DNA of 64,000 nt from Candidatus Falkowbacteria bacterium (GTDB taxonomy: Bacteria > Patescibacteriota > Patescibacteriia > Patescibacteriales > UBA12465), in assembly GCA_009885285.1 (NCBI GenBank), contig VFKX01000007.1:5046-69045 (forward strand), in the 5' to 3' direction. This document shows positions 38,588 to 50,218 of this stretch, in pieces. Within the stretch, counting starts at the first letter, position 1; each line of letters begins with the position of its first letter. The notes below the pieces were generated by a model. The model ran no database searches and had not been told where the DNA came from. It saw only the letters and a program-made list of their open reading frames with translations. Position numbers and translations under genes: made by a program.

Positions 38588-40396
38588 TTAATCAACCTCT
38601 CCCATCGCCTGCAGCTTCAAGAGTTTGGCATACAAGCCACCATCGGCATTGGCTAACTCCTTATGAGTCCCCGTCTCAGCTACGCGGCCGCCTTCCAGCA
38701 CCACAATGTTGTCAGCCTGCTTAATAGTACTCAAGCGGTGCGCGATAATAACCATAGTTCTGTCCTGACTGATTTTTTTCATGGCATCCTGAATCAGCAC
38801 TTCACTTTGGCTATCAAGATTGGAAGTCGCTTCATCAAAAATCAAAACGCGGGGATTAGCCAGAATAGCTCGAGCGATACCCAACCGCTGGCGCTGGCCG
38901 CCGGATAATTTCACGCCTCGTTCGCCGGTCAAAGTTTCATAACCTTTATCCAAGCGGTTAATGAACTCATCGGCATTAGCAATTCTGGCCGCTTCCATAA
39001 CTTCCTCGCGAGTTGCCTCCGGACGGGCATAGGCAATATTTTCCGCCACCGTCAGGTCAAAAATTTCCACTTCCTGCGGCACAATTGCCAAGAATTTGCG
39101 GAAACCATGAAGATCATAGTCGCGTAAATCATGGCCATCAAGCAGAACACGACCTGACTGCGGATCATAATGACGATAGGCTAAGCGGGCGATAGTGGTC
39201 TTGCCGCCACCAGACGGACCGACAAGAGCAGTAATTTTTCCGGCCGGAATAGTGAAATTTAATTCACAAACCGCTGCCCGTTTACTCAAATCGTAATAGA
39301 AAGAGGTGTTGTCAAAAGTAATTTCTCCCTGAATATTTTCAGGCCTCAGACCATTATCAGGGTTAGTAATCTCACTCTCTTCATTAAATAATTGCAATAA
39401 ACGATTAACACCTTCCCGGCCCTCTTCCATGCGGTCATAAAAACGGGATAAGCGAAACAAGGAAGCGTAAGCCTTTTCACTCAGTGTAAAGACAAAGATC
39501 AGCGAGCCCACAGTCATCAGACCTTTATAAACCAAGTAGACACCGAGAAATAAAACGATAGAACGGCCGGTATCAACAATGAAATTTCGACCCATCCCTA
39601 TTTTCATCATCCAGCCATACTGCCTATCCTCATTATCACGAATATTTGTCTTAATGGCATCGAAGCCTTTAAGTTCATTTTCTTCTTGAACAAATGATTG
39701 GACAGCATTAATGTTAACAATGGCTTGCCCCATTTTGCCGGAAGCCACTTCATAGTCTTTATATATAGCCTTGCGAATCGGGTACATCCGCTTATTTGAC
39801 CAATAGGTAATAAAAATGAAAATTGGTGCGAAGACCATAAATGACAAACCAATCCGCCAATCCGTCCAAAACAAAGCAATAATAGTCACCACCAACTGAA
39901 AAGCGGTCGGCAAGACCTCCCAAAAAATACTGTTTAAAAACGAAGAGATTCTTTCTGAACCACGCTCAATTTTCACAATTTTCGCGCCAGTATTCTGGCG
40001 TTCATGATAGCCGAGAGAAAGAGCGACGAGTTTTTCCTGAGACTTCATGCCCAAGAAATATTCCACCTTAACCAACATCTTCAAGATGCGCCGATCGCTT
40101 AAATATTGAATAAATGATCGGAATTCATCGGTCGCTAGATACAAAGCAATGAGCTTCAGGAAAAAGATAAACTGGTCACGGGAAAATAAGCGGCCATCGG
40201 AAAAGCCGGTCAAGCCGTCAATAATTACCTTTAAGACGTAAGGCTTAACCAGGTCTAACAGAGCGGCGGTCAGAATAATGGCGGCAATAGCGCCGAACAT
40301 CTTCTTAAATGGCGCTAGCAAACGCCATAACTCCGCCCAGAAGCGGCTCCAGGAAATACTCTCTTTTTCAGTTTTGTCGTCCAATTCTTTACTCAT
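38588..40396 (-). CDS. ABC transporter, fused permease/ATPase (MsbA-like exporter)
   Basis: 6-TM N-domain plus an NBD with GPSGGGKTT, LSGGQRQR, LIFDEATS and IAHRLST. Confidence 0.85.
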   Translation of the reverse strand: MSKELDDKTEKESISWSRFWAELWRLLAPFKKMFGAIAAIILTAALLDLVKPYVLKVIIDGLTGFSDGRLFSRDQFIFFLKLIALYLATDEFRSFIQYLSDRRILKMLVKVEYFLGMKSQEKLVALSLGYHERQNTGAKIVKIERGSERISSFLNSIFWEVLPTAFQLVVTIIALFWTDWRIGLSFMVFAPIFIFITYWSNKRMYPIRKAIYKDYEVASGKMGQAIVNINAVQSFVQEENELKGFDAIKTNIRDNEDRQYGWMMKIGMGRNFIVDTGRSIVLFLGVYLVYKGLMTVGSLIFVFTLSEKAYASLFRLSRFYDRMEEGREGVNRLLQLFNEESEITNPDNGLRPENIQGEITFDNTSFYYDLSKRAAVCELNFTIPAGKITALVGPSGGGKTTIARLAYRHYDPQSGRVLLDGHDLRDYDLHGFRKFLAIVPQEVEIFDLTVAENIAYARPEATREEVMEAARIANADEFINRLDKGYETLTGERGVKLSGGQRQRLGIARAILANPRVLIFDEATSNLDSQSEVLIQDAMKKISQDRTMVIIAHRLSTIKQADNIVVLEGGRVAETGTHKELANADGGLYAKLLKLQAMGEVD

Positions 40397-40570
40397 ATAT
40401 ATAAATTTATTTCTAATGCGGAAGCGACCGACATTATAGTATACGGCCAGAACTGATAAACATTACAACATTTTTATGATTTCAGCAAGGCTGCTATAAA
40501 AAAATCGCCTGATTTTAGACGATTTATTTATTAACATTAGCTAATTTATTAACTGAAAAACACTGATTAA

Positions 40571-42087
<1,517 letters not shown>

Positions 42088-42091
<4 letters not shown>

Positions 42092-43221
42092 AGTGGGCTG
42101 ATAATTTCTGTAATGATTGAGCTAATGGTGACGGCCGCATCGCGCTTAATAGCTTTACCGATATTATTGCTTAATTCTCTCTTGAGAACCGGATCGTTTA
42201 AGATATCTTTCACAGCCTGAGTCAGCTTTTCTGGAGTCAAACTGTCTTGATCAATATTTATAGCCGCTTTTAGATTAGCAAAATATGCAGAATTATCCTG
42301 CTGATGCGATTGTGGCATCGGAATAAGAATCGCTGGCTTCCGCCAATATGATAATTCGGTGAGAGTACTTAAGCCGGCGCGGGTCACCACTAAATCTGCA
42401 ATAGAGATAAGAGTGGACAAGGTTCGGTTATCCATCATTTCTAAAATATGATAATGCTGCATTTTCAGAAGCTCAGGATTATCCGGCAACTTACCTTTAC
42501 CAGTCAGATGGATTAACTGATAATGACGGGCTAGTTCCGATGATGCTTTAAAAACCAAACGGTTAATGCCGGTGGCGCCTAAGCCGCCGCCGAAGAATAA
42601 TACCAAGGGAATGGAATTATCTAGTTTAAAGTCATTTTTCAGCTTCTTAATTAATTGTTCGTCCGCCGTTTCCAGAGACCGGCGAATCGGATTGCCGGCC
42701 AAAACTGCCCGCGGTCCGTAATCAATTAAAGACTTATCAAAAACTACAGTAATCGTGCGCGCAAACGGGGCCATGAGCCGATTGGCTAAACCAGGACGCA
42801 AGTCCTGCTGATGGATAAGAATCGGAATTTTCTTGATGGCAGCCGCCCAGACCAATGGCACACTGACAAAAGCACCGGCACTGATGATAATCTGCGGTTG
42901 ATAGCGGGATAAAATACTAAATGATTGGATAAACGCCGCAACAATTTTAAATATGTCTAAGAGATTGTGGATAGATAAATACCGCCGCCATTTACCGCTG
43001 ATAAGAGGCACAAATTCCATCGGTCCGGTTTCCTGGTTATAAGAACTAACCATTTCTTTCTCCGGGCCGCGCTTCGTACCGACAAAGACTAGATTTAGTT
43101 TCACGTTTCCAATCTCGACAGATTCCCTGAATAATTCTTCGGCCACGGCTAAAAGCGGCACCACTGGACCGCCAGAACCGCCGCCGCTGAACATGATAGT
43201 TTTGATATTTTGCTTATCCAT
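42088..43221 (-). CDS. murG: undecaprenyldiphospho-muramoylpentapeptide beta-N-acetylglucosaminyltransferase
   Basis: SGGGSGGPVVP glycine-rich N-terminus, GT28 fold. Overlaps murC by 4 nt. Confidence 0.9.
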
Positions 43222-44356
43222 GTAATCGTTTAGTATGTTTACTTATATTTAAGAGGATACCCATCGCGAGCAGTGATGATAAAGCAGCCGATCCACCAGC
43301 CGAGACGAAAGGGAGAGGTACGCCGGTCATCGGAATCAGGTTAATCATGCCGCCGATATTCAGGAAGGATTGAATGGATAACCAGACAACAATGCCAGTC
43401 GCCAAAGAGCTGCCATAGATATCCGGCGCCGCCCGAGCAATTAATAGGCCCCGGTAAAAAATGAACAAGTACAACAATATCAAAAGTGATGAGAAGAAGA
43501 ATCCGGTCTCTTCGGCGATAATTGGAAAGATTGAATCGCCCCAGACTTCCGGTAAATACATGAACTTCTGCCGGCTATGCCCAATACCTCTGCCAAAAAA
43601 ACCGCCGGAACCTACCGCAATCAAAGATTGATTAATCTGATAACATTTATCTTGGGCGCTATAACTCGGATCTTCTAAACATTTAAAGCGGTCGCTGCGA
43701 TACGAAGAGGATAAGCTAACAAACAGAAAAAAAGCCAAGACAGCCAGAAACATCGCGATAATGATATGAGTCATCTTGCCGCCGCCGGCAAAAAAAACGA
43801 CGAGAGCCGTAAAGGCGATAATAAATAAAGTCCCTAAATCCGGCTGCATTAGCATTAAAACGCTGATAACTCCGAGAATGACCACGAAAGGAATAACGCC
43901 GCGCGTTAAGCTGCCGAGCTCGCCTTTCTTTGCCTCCAGCCAAGTGGCCAAATAAATCAGGAAAGATATTTTCACTAATTCCGAGGGCTGGAATGATCGA
44001 CCAAAAACATTAATCCAGCTGCGCGCCGTGCCGTATTCCGAACGCAAGCCGGGCACAAAAACTAAAAGTAGTAAGACAATGGAAAATAACAGAAAAAAAC
44101 TGGCAAACTTTTTCCATAAATGATAATCGATGCGAATAACCACAAAAAATACGACCAAAGCAATGCTTAAGCTGATTACCTGACCCAAAAAATAATGATA
44201 GGTATTGCCGAAGCGAGCATAAGAAACAATGGAAGAAGCGCTGAAGAGCATCACCAGACCAAACGCCAATAAGACGAATAAAGCCGTCATCAGGCTTTTA
44301 TCCGGTTCATGGCCGGTAACGGCTGCCGTTTTTTTATGTCTAAATTTTCCCCACAT
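43214..44356 (-). CDS. ftsW: peptidoglycan glycosyltransferase FtsW (SEDS family)
   Basis: 380 aa, polytopic, FtsW/RodA family. Lies between mraY and murG. Confidence 0.85.
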   Translation of the reverse strand: MWGKFRHKKTAAVTGHEPDKSLMTALFVLLAFGLVMLFSASSIVSYARFGNTYHYFLGQVISLSIALVVFFVVIRIDYHLWKKFASFFLLFSIVLLLLVFVPGLRSEYGTARSWINVFGRSFQPSELVKISFLIYLATWLEAKKGELGSLTRGVIPFVVILGVISVLMLMQPDLGTLFIIAFTALVVFFAGGGKMTHIIIAMFLAVLAFFLFVSLSSSYRSDRFKCLEDPSYSAQDKCYQINQSLIAVGSGGFFGRGIGHSRQKFMYLPEVWGDSIFPIIAEETGFFFSSLLILLYLFIFYRGLLIARAAPDIYGSSLATGIVVWLSIQSFLNIGGMINLIPMTGVPLPFVSAGGSAALSSLLAMGILLNISKHTKRLHG

Positions 44357-44359
44357 AGT

Positions 44360-45409
44360 TTAAAATTTTTGATCAAGCAAGAAAATCATTAGTCCAGTCG
44401 CCGCACCAATCGCCGCTATTACCCAGAAACGCATCACCACCTTAGCCTCTGACCAGCCGATGGCCTGGAAGTGATGATGAATTGGAGCCGACAAGAAAAC
44501 TTTCTTGCCCCGAAACTTTTTTGATGATAGCTGAATGATGACCGACAGGGATTCCAGTAGAAAGATGACGCCAATCGGAATTAACAGGAGTGAATTATTA
44601 GTCATCATGGCAATAATTCCCAAAGTCACACCGAGACTCATTGAACCAGTATCCCCCATATAGAAGCGGGCGGGCGGGATATTGAACCACAGGAAGGCGA
44701 GCAAGGCACCGATAATGACTCCGCAAAAAGTAGCCAGTTCAAAGCGGCCCAATAAAAAGGCGATAATGCCATAAGCGGCAAAAGAGATGAGGAGTGTACC
44801 ACCGGCCAAACCGTCGAGTCCGTCAGTTTCATTAACCGAAAATGAAGTGGCCACGATGATGAAAATAAAAATAGGAATATACCAAGCGCCAATCTCAAAA
44901 TTGCCGAAGAATGGGACATGAAAAACTGTCCAGTCCAGCTTGAAATAGAACCAGAGAGCGCCGGCAATGGCAATTAAAGTATAAATTAACAAGCGATGCC
45001 GGAGCTTCAAGCCGCCGCCGCCCAAGACACCTTTGCCGCGAACATCCAACCAATCATCAACCAGTCCAATCAGCGCCGTAATCACTAAGGCGCCCAGCGG
45101 CAACAATGTTTCCGAGCGGGATAAGAAGTTCAGGTGCTGAAAGATGGTATCAGGAAAAAAATCACTAAGGAGAGAAAATCCGAAGATAAAAACCAATACC
45201 GTTCCCCAAATCAAGACACCACCCATCGTCGGCGTTCCCTCTTTATGAGCATGTAATCCGCTAAATATCGGTGTTTCACCGGCATTCCTAATTTTCTTAC
45301 CCAGCTTATACTTATACAAGTAATGAGTTAAGAGCGGTGCCACGATAATTGTAAAAATAAAAGCGAGAGCTGAGAAAAACAAGATCTTCACGATGTAAAA
45401 TTCCATCAT
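44360..45409 (-). CDS. mraY: phospho-N-acetylmuramoyl-pentapeptide transferase
   Basis: 349 aa with NETDGLDGLAGG and HHHF motifs. Confidence 0.92.
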   Translation of the reverse strand: MMEFYIVKILFFSALAFIFTIIVAPLLTHYLYKYKLGKKIRNAGETPIFSGLHAHKEGTPTMGGVLIWGTVLVFIFGFSLLSDFFPDTIFQHLNFLSRSETLLPLGALVITALIGLVDDWLDVRGKGVLGGGGLKLRHRLLIYTLIAIAGALWFYFKLDWTVFHVPFFGNFEIGAWYIPIFIFIIVATSFSVNETDGLDGLAGGTLLISFAAYGIIAFLLGRFELATFCGVIIGALLAFLWFNIPPARFYMGDTGSMSLGVTLGIIAMMTNNSLLLIPIGVIFLLESLSVIIQLSSKKFRGKKVFLSAPIHHHFQAIGWSEAKVVMRFWVIAAIGAATGLMIFLLDQKF

Positions 45410-45418
45410 AAAAGGAGA

Positions 45419-45832
45419 TTATCTAAAATTAATCAAATATATAAACATTAGAGCCAAACAAATTAGCAAGGAAAAGATCAGGGCCGATGATAATAAGAGG
45501 TTGGCGAAGATGCGGAAATGAAAACGACGATGCAAGGCGGCCGCCAAGAGCCAATTAAACAGGAAGATTCCCAAACCATAGGCGGGATATAAGAAAATCC
45601 GCCACGGCGCACCAACCAAATCAATACCAAAATCAATATTATAATGCAGGACTAATAAATCGCCGCTCAGGTTCCGATAAATATAGGCGGCCTGCAGCCA
45701 GCCGGCAAGTTGAAAAAGACAGGCTAACCCGAAATAGATGCGGCTGGAAGTGAAACGCCAGAGAGTCGAAAAGGCTGCCGCCACCTCTTGACGAAAAGAA
45801 TAAAAACGTGCGTATAAATTTGAGTAGGCCAT
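45419..45832 (-). CDS. hypothetical polytopic membrane protein (137 aa)
   Basis: ORF immediately upstream of mraY. No motif. Confidence 0.45.
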   Translation of the reverse strand: MAYSNLYARFYSFRQEVAAAFSTLWRFTSSRIYFGLACLFQLAGWLQAAYIYRNLSGDLLVLHYNIDFGIDLVGAPWRIFLYPAYGLGIFLFNWLLAAALHRRFHFRIFANLLLSSALIFSLLICLALMFIYLINFR

Positions 45833-45894
45833 AAAAAATATGCGAATTATCAGGATATTTTTAGTTTATCACATTTTAAAATAATACAAAACTA

Positions 45895-45903
45895 TGTTAT
45901 AAT
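45895..45903 (+). promoter_or_regulatory. extended -10 element TGTTATAAT upstream of the PilB-like gene
   Basis: About 20 nt before the ATG at 45924. Confidence 0.3.
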
Positions 45904-45923
45904 GAGCTCATTAAGATAAAACT

Positions 45924-46934
45924 ATGAGCCAAAAAATAATCACCAAGATTTTTAATTACGCCAACACCGAAGGAGCGGAGCACCTCGTCATCCACAAGCA
46001 TGACAATCGTCTCGTACTCGATTGCTTTTGTCCCGGGACGGACAAGCAAAGTCTGATCCTGCCGAAACGGCTGGAAAAAGAATTCCTCTCTTCTTTGCGG
46101 AAAATTACCTCCATTGCGCCTGACGAATTAGTTTCCCAGAAATACTGTAAACTGCCGCATAAGAACGGTTGTCGGTATTTTTATTTAACTATCTTGCCGG
46201 AAGCTGGCAGCGAGAAAGTCATCATCAATTTCGTTAAGAAGTCCCCGACCCTTTGGCGCCTCAGTCAGCTCGGCTTGCAAAGGGCAGATCTTCAAACCTT
46301 AAAAAAATCATTGGCTCGAAAGTCCGGATTAGTACTTATTAGCTCTCCGGAAGGTTCCGGAAAAAGCGCTACCTTAAATGCTCTCCTGCTAGAAATGGGT
46401 GATAGTTCTAGAAGCGCCTATGCCTTAATGAAATATCGCGCTTATGATATTCCCGGTATCACAACCATGGGCTCCAATCCCAGGAACTGGGATAAAATCA
46501 TGAAAATCGATTCACAAGTAATTTATTCTGACGATTTAGATAATGCCGAATCTCTAAAAGAGGCCTGTCAGGCAGCTGCCAGTGGCCGCCTGGTCTTTGG
46601 CGCAATCAGTGCCGAAAATTGCTTAGTGGCAATAGAAAAAATCATGGCCTGTCCGCTACCCTTGAAATTAAAGCTTGATAACCTTAAGATAATTACTAAC
46701 CAGCGACTGGCAGTACTAAAGAGAAGTAAGCGCCTAAAAAACCAGCACCAGCGGAAAACTATCGGCCTCTTTGAGGTCTTAAAAGTTAGTCCGGCCGTCA
46801 GAGAATTTTTGATAAACCATGAGGGGCAAAATCTCAAAATGCATCAAGAAGAATTAGCGAAACTTATTTTGCAAGATGGCTTCGTTCCTCTAGCCTCCGA
46901 CCGCCAGCAAAAAACTCGGGACGGCCTGATTTAA
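45924..46934 (+). CDS. PilB/GspE-family secretion ATPase homolog with degenerate catalytic motifs (putative pseudo-ATPase)
   Basis: GspE-N2-like domain, Walker A SPEGSGKS and the conserved C-terminal region are present. The Asp/Glu box (EIRD to DDLD) and His box (TLHTND to AISAEN) are not conserved, and there is no tetracysteine motif. Confidence 0.6.
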   Translation: MSQKIITKIFNYANTEGAEHLVIHKHDNRLVLDCFCPGTDKQSLILPKRLEKEFLSSLRKITSIAPDELVSQKYCKLPHKNGCRYFYLTILPEAGSEKVIINFVKKSPTLWRLSQLGLQRADLQTLKKSLARKSGLVLISSPEGSGKSATLNALLLEMGDSSRSAYALMKYRAYDIPGITTMGSNPRNWDKIMKIDSQVIYSDDLDNAESLKEACQAAASGRLVFGAISAENCLVAIEKIMACPLPLKLKLDNLKIITNQRLAVLKRSKRLKNQHQRKTIGLFEVLKVSPAVREFLINHEGQNLKMHQEELAKLILQDGFVPLASDRQQKTRDGLI

Positions 46935-46969
46935 TAATCTTGTCCGGCAATACTAAGGCTGAATAATCT

Positions 46970-47632
46970 ATGAAAATAACCTGCGTCATCCCTGCTTGGA
47001 ATGAAGAAAAAAATATCGCCAAAGTAATTGCCGACGTCCGGCCTTATGTTGACGAAGTAGTCGTCATTGATGACTGCTCTCAAGATAAGACATCGGAATT
47101 GGCAACTGCCGCCGGAGCCACTGTCTTCCGCCACCCAATTAACCGCGGCCAAGGAGCGGCTTTGCAGACCGGCAATGACTATGCCTTAAGCGAAGGGGCG
47201 GATATTATTGTTCATTTTGACGCTGACGATCAATTCCTGTCCTCAGAAATAAAAGACATGGTAGCGCCAATTATCTCCGGCCAAGCCGACATTGTTTTCG
47301 GTTCCCGCTTCTTAGGCAAGAAGGCTAATCTGCCATTTGTCAAAAGAATAATAATCATGCCCTTGGCTCATATCTTTACCCGCCTTATTCTGGGCATCAG
47401 GTTAAGCGACCCGCAGAACGGTTTTCGGGCGATGAGCCGTTCGGCCGCTGAAAGCATCCGCATCGGTAATCGGGAGATGGCTCATAACAGTGAGATTCAG
47501 ATTGAAGCTTTTAGACAGCGTTTGCGGATAGCCGAAGTACCGATTACAGTCGTTTACCATCATTTCGGACAGAAGTTATCTGGCGGCTTTAAAGTCGCCC
47601 GCGATCTACTCATCCATAAGATAATTAAATAA
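46970..47632 (+). CDS. family 2 glycosyltransferase (Dpm1/GtrB-like)
   Basis: VIPAWNEEKNI ... VIDDCSQDKT ... DAD motifs. 220 aa. Confidence 0.8.
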   Translation: MKITCVIPAWNEEKNIAKVIADVRPYVDEVVVIDDCSQDKTSELATAAGATVFRHPINRGQGAALQTGNDYALSEGADIIVHFDADDQFLSSEIKDMVAPIISGQADIVFGSRFLGKKANLPFVKRIIIMPLAHIFTRLILGIRLSDPQNGFRAMSRSAAESIRIGNREMAHNSEIQIEAFRQRLRIAEVPITVVYHHFGQKLSGGFKVARDLLIHKIIK

Positions 47633-47636
47633 TATT

Positions 47637-47957
47637 ATGCTGCAACAATTACTCGCCATCATCATCATTCTCTTCTTTGTTTTCCGTCTGGTTATCCAAA
47701 AAAAGAAAAACTTAATAAGTAAAAATGAATTTTTCTTGTGGCTGTCTTTTTGGGCGCTATCAGCTGGCGCCATTATCTTTATTAAGCAGATAGATAGACT
47801 CGTCGCCTCGCTCGGCTTTTCCGGCAGCGGTATCAATTTCTTAATTTATTTAGCCGTCCTAGCTTTATTCTATTTAGTTTTCCGCCTCCGCCTGGACCTA
47901 GCCAAGATGGATAGAAATTTAACAGAGATTGTTCGTCAAATGACTTTAAAAAAATAA
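47637..47957 (+). CDS. small membrane protein (106 aa)
   Basis: Two or three TM helices. It immediately follows the GT2, an arrangement commonly seen after GtrB-like GT2 genes. Confidence 0.45.
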   Translation: MLQQLLAIIIILFFVFRLVIQKKKNLISKNEFFLWLSFWALSAGAIIFIKQIDRLVASLGFSGSGINFLIYLAVLALFYLVFRLRLDLAKMDRNLTEIVRQMTLKK

Positions 47958-47959
47958 CC

Positions 47960-49087
47960 ATGAAAATCGCTTCCGTCGTCTGCACTTTTCCGCCTTATGC
48001 CGGCGGTATCGGCAACAGTGCCAAAACCATCAGTCAACTACTCCAAGCAGAATATGAAGTTCATGACTTCACGCCTTTTACTACTCGACCCTGGCTTAAG
48101 CATGGCCACGGCTCTGTCCTCGGATCCCTTCTTTGGCAGCTCAAAGACTTCGATTATATCTATCTCCACTATCCATACTTTGGAACAGATGCCATCATTT
48201 GGCTATCCAGATTATTTTATAAAAAACCAAAACTGATAATTCATTACCATATGGATGTCGCCGGCCTCAGCCCCTTCGCTCAAGTGCTGAGCCTGCCGAG
48301 TCGCTTGATCAGGAATTCTCTGCTCCAACAAGCCGACCTGATAGTTTCTGCCAGCCTCGACTATATTAAACATAGCCAAATCAAGAATTATTATGCTGCT
48401 CATCCGGAAAAATTTCGTGAAATTCCTTTTGCGATAGACTTGCATAAATTTCAACCGAGCAAGCTTAACCGAGCCACGGAAAATCAATTCCTCGTTAAAG
48501 CCAAAGAGATGGTGAACTTCGTCAAGAAAAAATTCATCAAACGCGACCGAAGTGATCTGCTCTTTGTTGGCGGACTGGATTCTGCTCATTACTTCAAAGG
48601 CGTGGAGATACTTTTACGCGCCATAGCGGGACTGACTGATTTAAATTTTACCCTGACAATTGTCGGCGACGGCGACCGGCGCTCTGTATATGAATCACTG
48701 GCCTTCCGCCTCGGCCTGGCCAAGCGCGTGACATTCGCCGGCAAACTGGCAGATAAGGATTTGGTCCGTGCCTATCAGCAAGCCGATCTCTTAATCCTGC
48801 CGTCAATAAATAGCAATGAAGCTTTTGGAATCGTATTGATTGAAGCTTTGGCCTGCGGCGTGCCGGTCATGGCCTCAGATTTGCCAGGAGTGCGCAGCGT
48901 CTTTACTGACGGTCAAGAAGGTTTCTTGGTTAAGGCCGGCGATATTACTGACCTGGAAGAAAAATTGCGCCGCTATCTTAGCGACCATTCCCTATCCAAA
49001 GAGATGTCCTTGAAAGCTAGACAACTAGCAGAAACAAAATACAGTCAAGCCATTATGTCAGAAAAATTACTGAGCTTATTTAAATAA
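47960..49087 (+). CDS. family 4 (GT-B) glycosyltransferase
   Basis: EAFGIVLIEALACGVPVMASDLPG (EX7E motif region). 375 aa. Confidence 0.8.
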   Translation: MKIASVVCTFPPYAGGIGNSAKTISQLLQAEYEVHDFTPFTTRPWLKHGHGSVLGSLLWQLKDFDYIYLHYPYFGTDAIIWLSRLFYKKPKLIIHYHMDVAGLSPFAQVLSLPSRLIRNSLLQQADLIVSASLDYIKHSQIKNYYAAHPEKFREIPFAIDLHKFQPSKLNRATENQFLVKAKEMVNFVKKKFIKRDRSDLLFVGGLDSAHYFKGVEILLRAIAGLTDLNFTLTIVGDGDRRSVYESLAFRLGLAKRVTFAGKLADKDLVRAYQQADLLILPSINSNEAFGIVLIEALACGVPVMASDLPGVRSVFTDGQEGFLVKAGDITDLEEKLRRYLSDHSLSKEMSLKARQLAETKYSQAIMSEKLLSLFK

Positions 49088-49088
49088 C

Positions 49089-50159
49089 ATGAAAATCGGA
49101 TTAATCCATAACCTATACGGAGCCTATAGCCATGGCGGCGCTGAGACGGCCGTCAGTATGATGGCGGCAGATTATCGCACAGCCGGACACCAGGTTTTTA
49201 TTATTAGCAGCCGTCCAAAAAAACCATCAGAAAAAACAGATGAAGCCTGTTCAGAAAAAGTCTATTATCTTAGCTCGGAATTCTATAATCTCAGTCGCCA
49301 TTCCCTCGCCTATCGCGCTCTCTGGCAAATCAGCAATCTCCTGGCTGTCGGCAAAGCCCGGCAACTTAGAAAAATTCTAAAAAGCGAAAAGCCAGACTTA
49401 ATCATTACCCACAACTTAATGGGTATCGGCTTCCTCACACCTCGCGTCATCAAGAAATTAAAAATTCGCCATGAACATTTCCTCCATGACATCCAGCTTA
49501 TCCATCCTTCCGGACTAATGATCTGCGGCCAGGAAAAAAAAATTGATGCCTGTCCGGCTAAGATTTATCAGTCCTTAACCCGCCCCCTTTTCTCCTCTCC
49601 AGCCAAGGTAATTTCGCCCTCAAAATGGCTAATGGAAATACATAAGAAATACGGCTTCTTCAATGATTCTGAACAAGAAATCAGGCCCTTTGTCTGGCCA
49701 TATAGCTCGAGTGCCAGAAAAGAGGTCAGGGTAGCAGCCCAAAATTTTCTTTTTGTCGGCCAAGTGGAATCACAAAAAGGGATATTTCTGTTGATTAGTG
49801 CCTTCAAAAAAATAAATAATCCGGACCTAACTTTAACGATTGCTATTCGCGGCGGAGGCGCCAGCCTGGCAGCTGCCAAAGAGTCAGCTAAAGACGACGC
49901 CAGGATTATATTTCTCGGCCCATTATCATATGAAGAAACAGCTAAGATTATGTCGAAGAGTGATTGCTTAATCCTACCTTCCCTTTGCTATGAAAACTCT
50001 CCAACCGTGATTTACGGTGCTCACGCCGCTGGCTTACCTGTCATTGCTAGTCGTCTCGGCGGAATTCCGGAACTGATGGGCAAGGGTGACATGCTATTTG
50101 AGCCGGGAGATGAAACTGATTTGCAGAACAAAATAATTGAAATAAGTAAAAATAAATAA
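49089..50159 (+). CDS. family 4 (GT-B) glycosyltransferase
   Basis: C-terminal GT1/GT4 domain (ENSPTVIYGAHAAGLPVIASRLGGIPE). 356 aa. Confidence 0.8.
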   Translation: MKIGLIHNLYGAYSHGGAETAVSMMAADYRTAGHQVFIISSRPKKPSEKTDEACSEKVYYLSSEFYNLSRHSLAYRALWQISNLLAVGKARQLRKILKSEKPDLIITHNLMGIGFLTPRVIKKLKIRHEHFLHDIQLIHPSGLMICGQEKKIDACPAKIYQSLTRPLFSSPAKVISPSKWLMEIHKKYGFFNDSEQEIRPFVWPYSSSARKEVRVAAQNFLFVGQVESQKGIFLLISAFKKINNPDLTLTIAIRGGGASLAAAKESAKDDARIIFLGPLSYEETAKIMSKSDCLILPSLCYENSPTVIYGAHAAGLPVIASRLGGIPELMGKGDMLFEPGDETDLQNKIIEISKNK

Positions 50160-50172
50160 TGCCTACTTAAAA

Positions 50173-50196
50173 GCACCGAAAAATTCGGTGCTTTTT
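50173..50196. terminator. bidirectional intrinsic terminator (GCACCGAA-aaa-UUCGGUGC plus UUUUU)
   Basis: It lies between the convergent GT4 (+) and the surface protein gene (-). Confidence 0.55.
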
Positions 50197-50218
50197 AATA
50201 TCATTTCCTCACACTCCG

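Noticed and set aside
43716-44973. ORFs 43716-43943 and 44638-44973 inside ftsW and mraY
   Set aside because: They are nested in alternative frames of well-supported membrane-protein genes. Spurious.
47997-48589. ORFs 47997-48236 (+) and 48212-48589 (-) within the GT4 gene
   Set aside because: Alternative-frame or antisense overlaps of a GT4 with clear family motifs.
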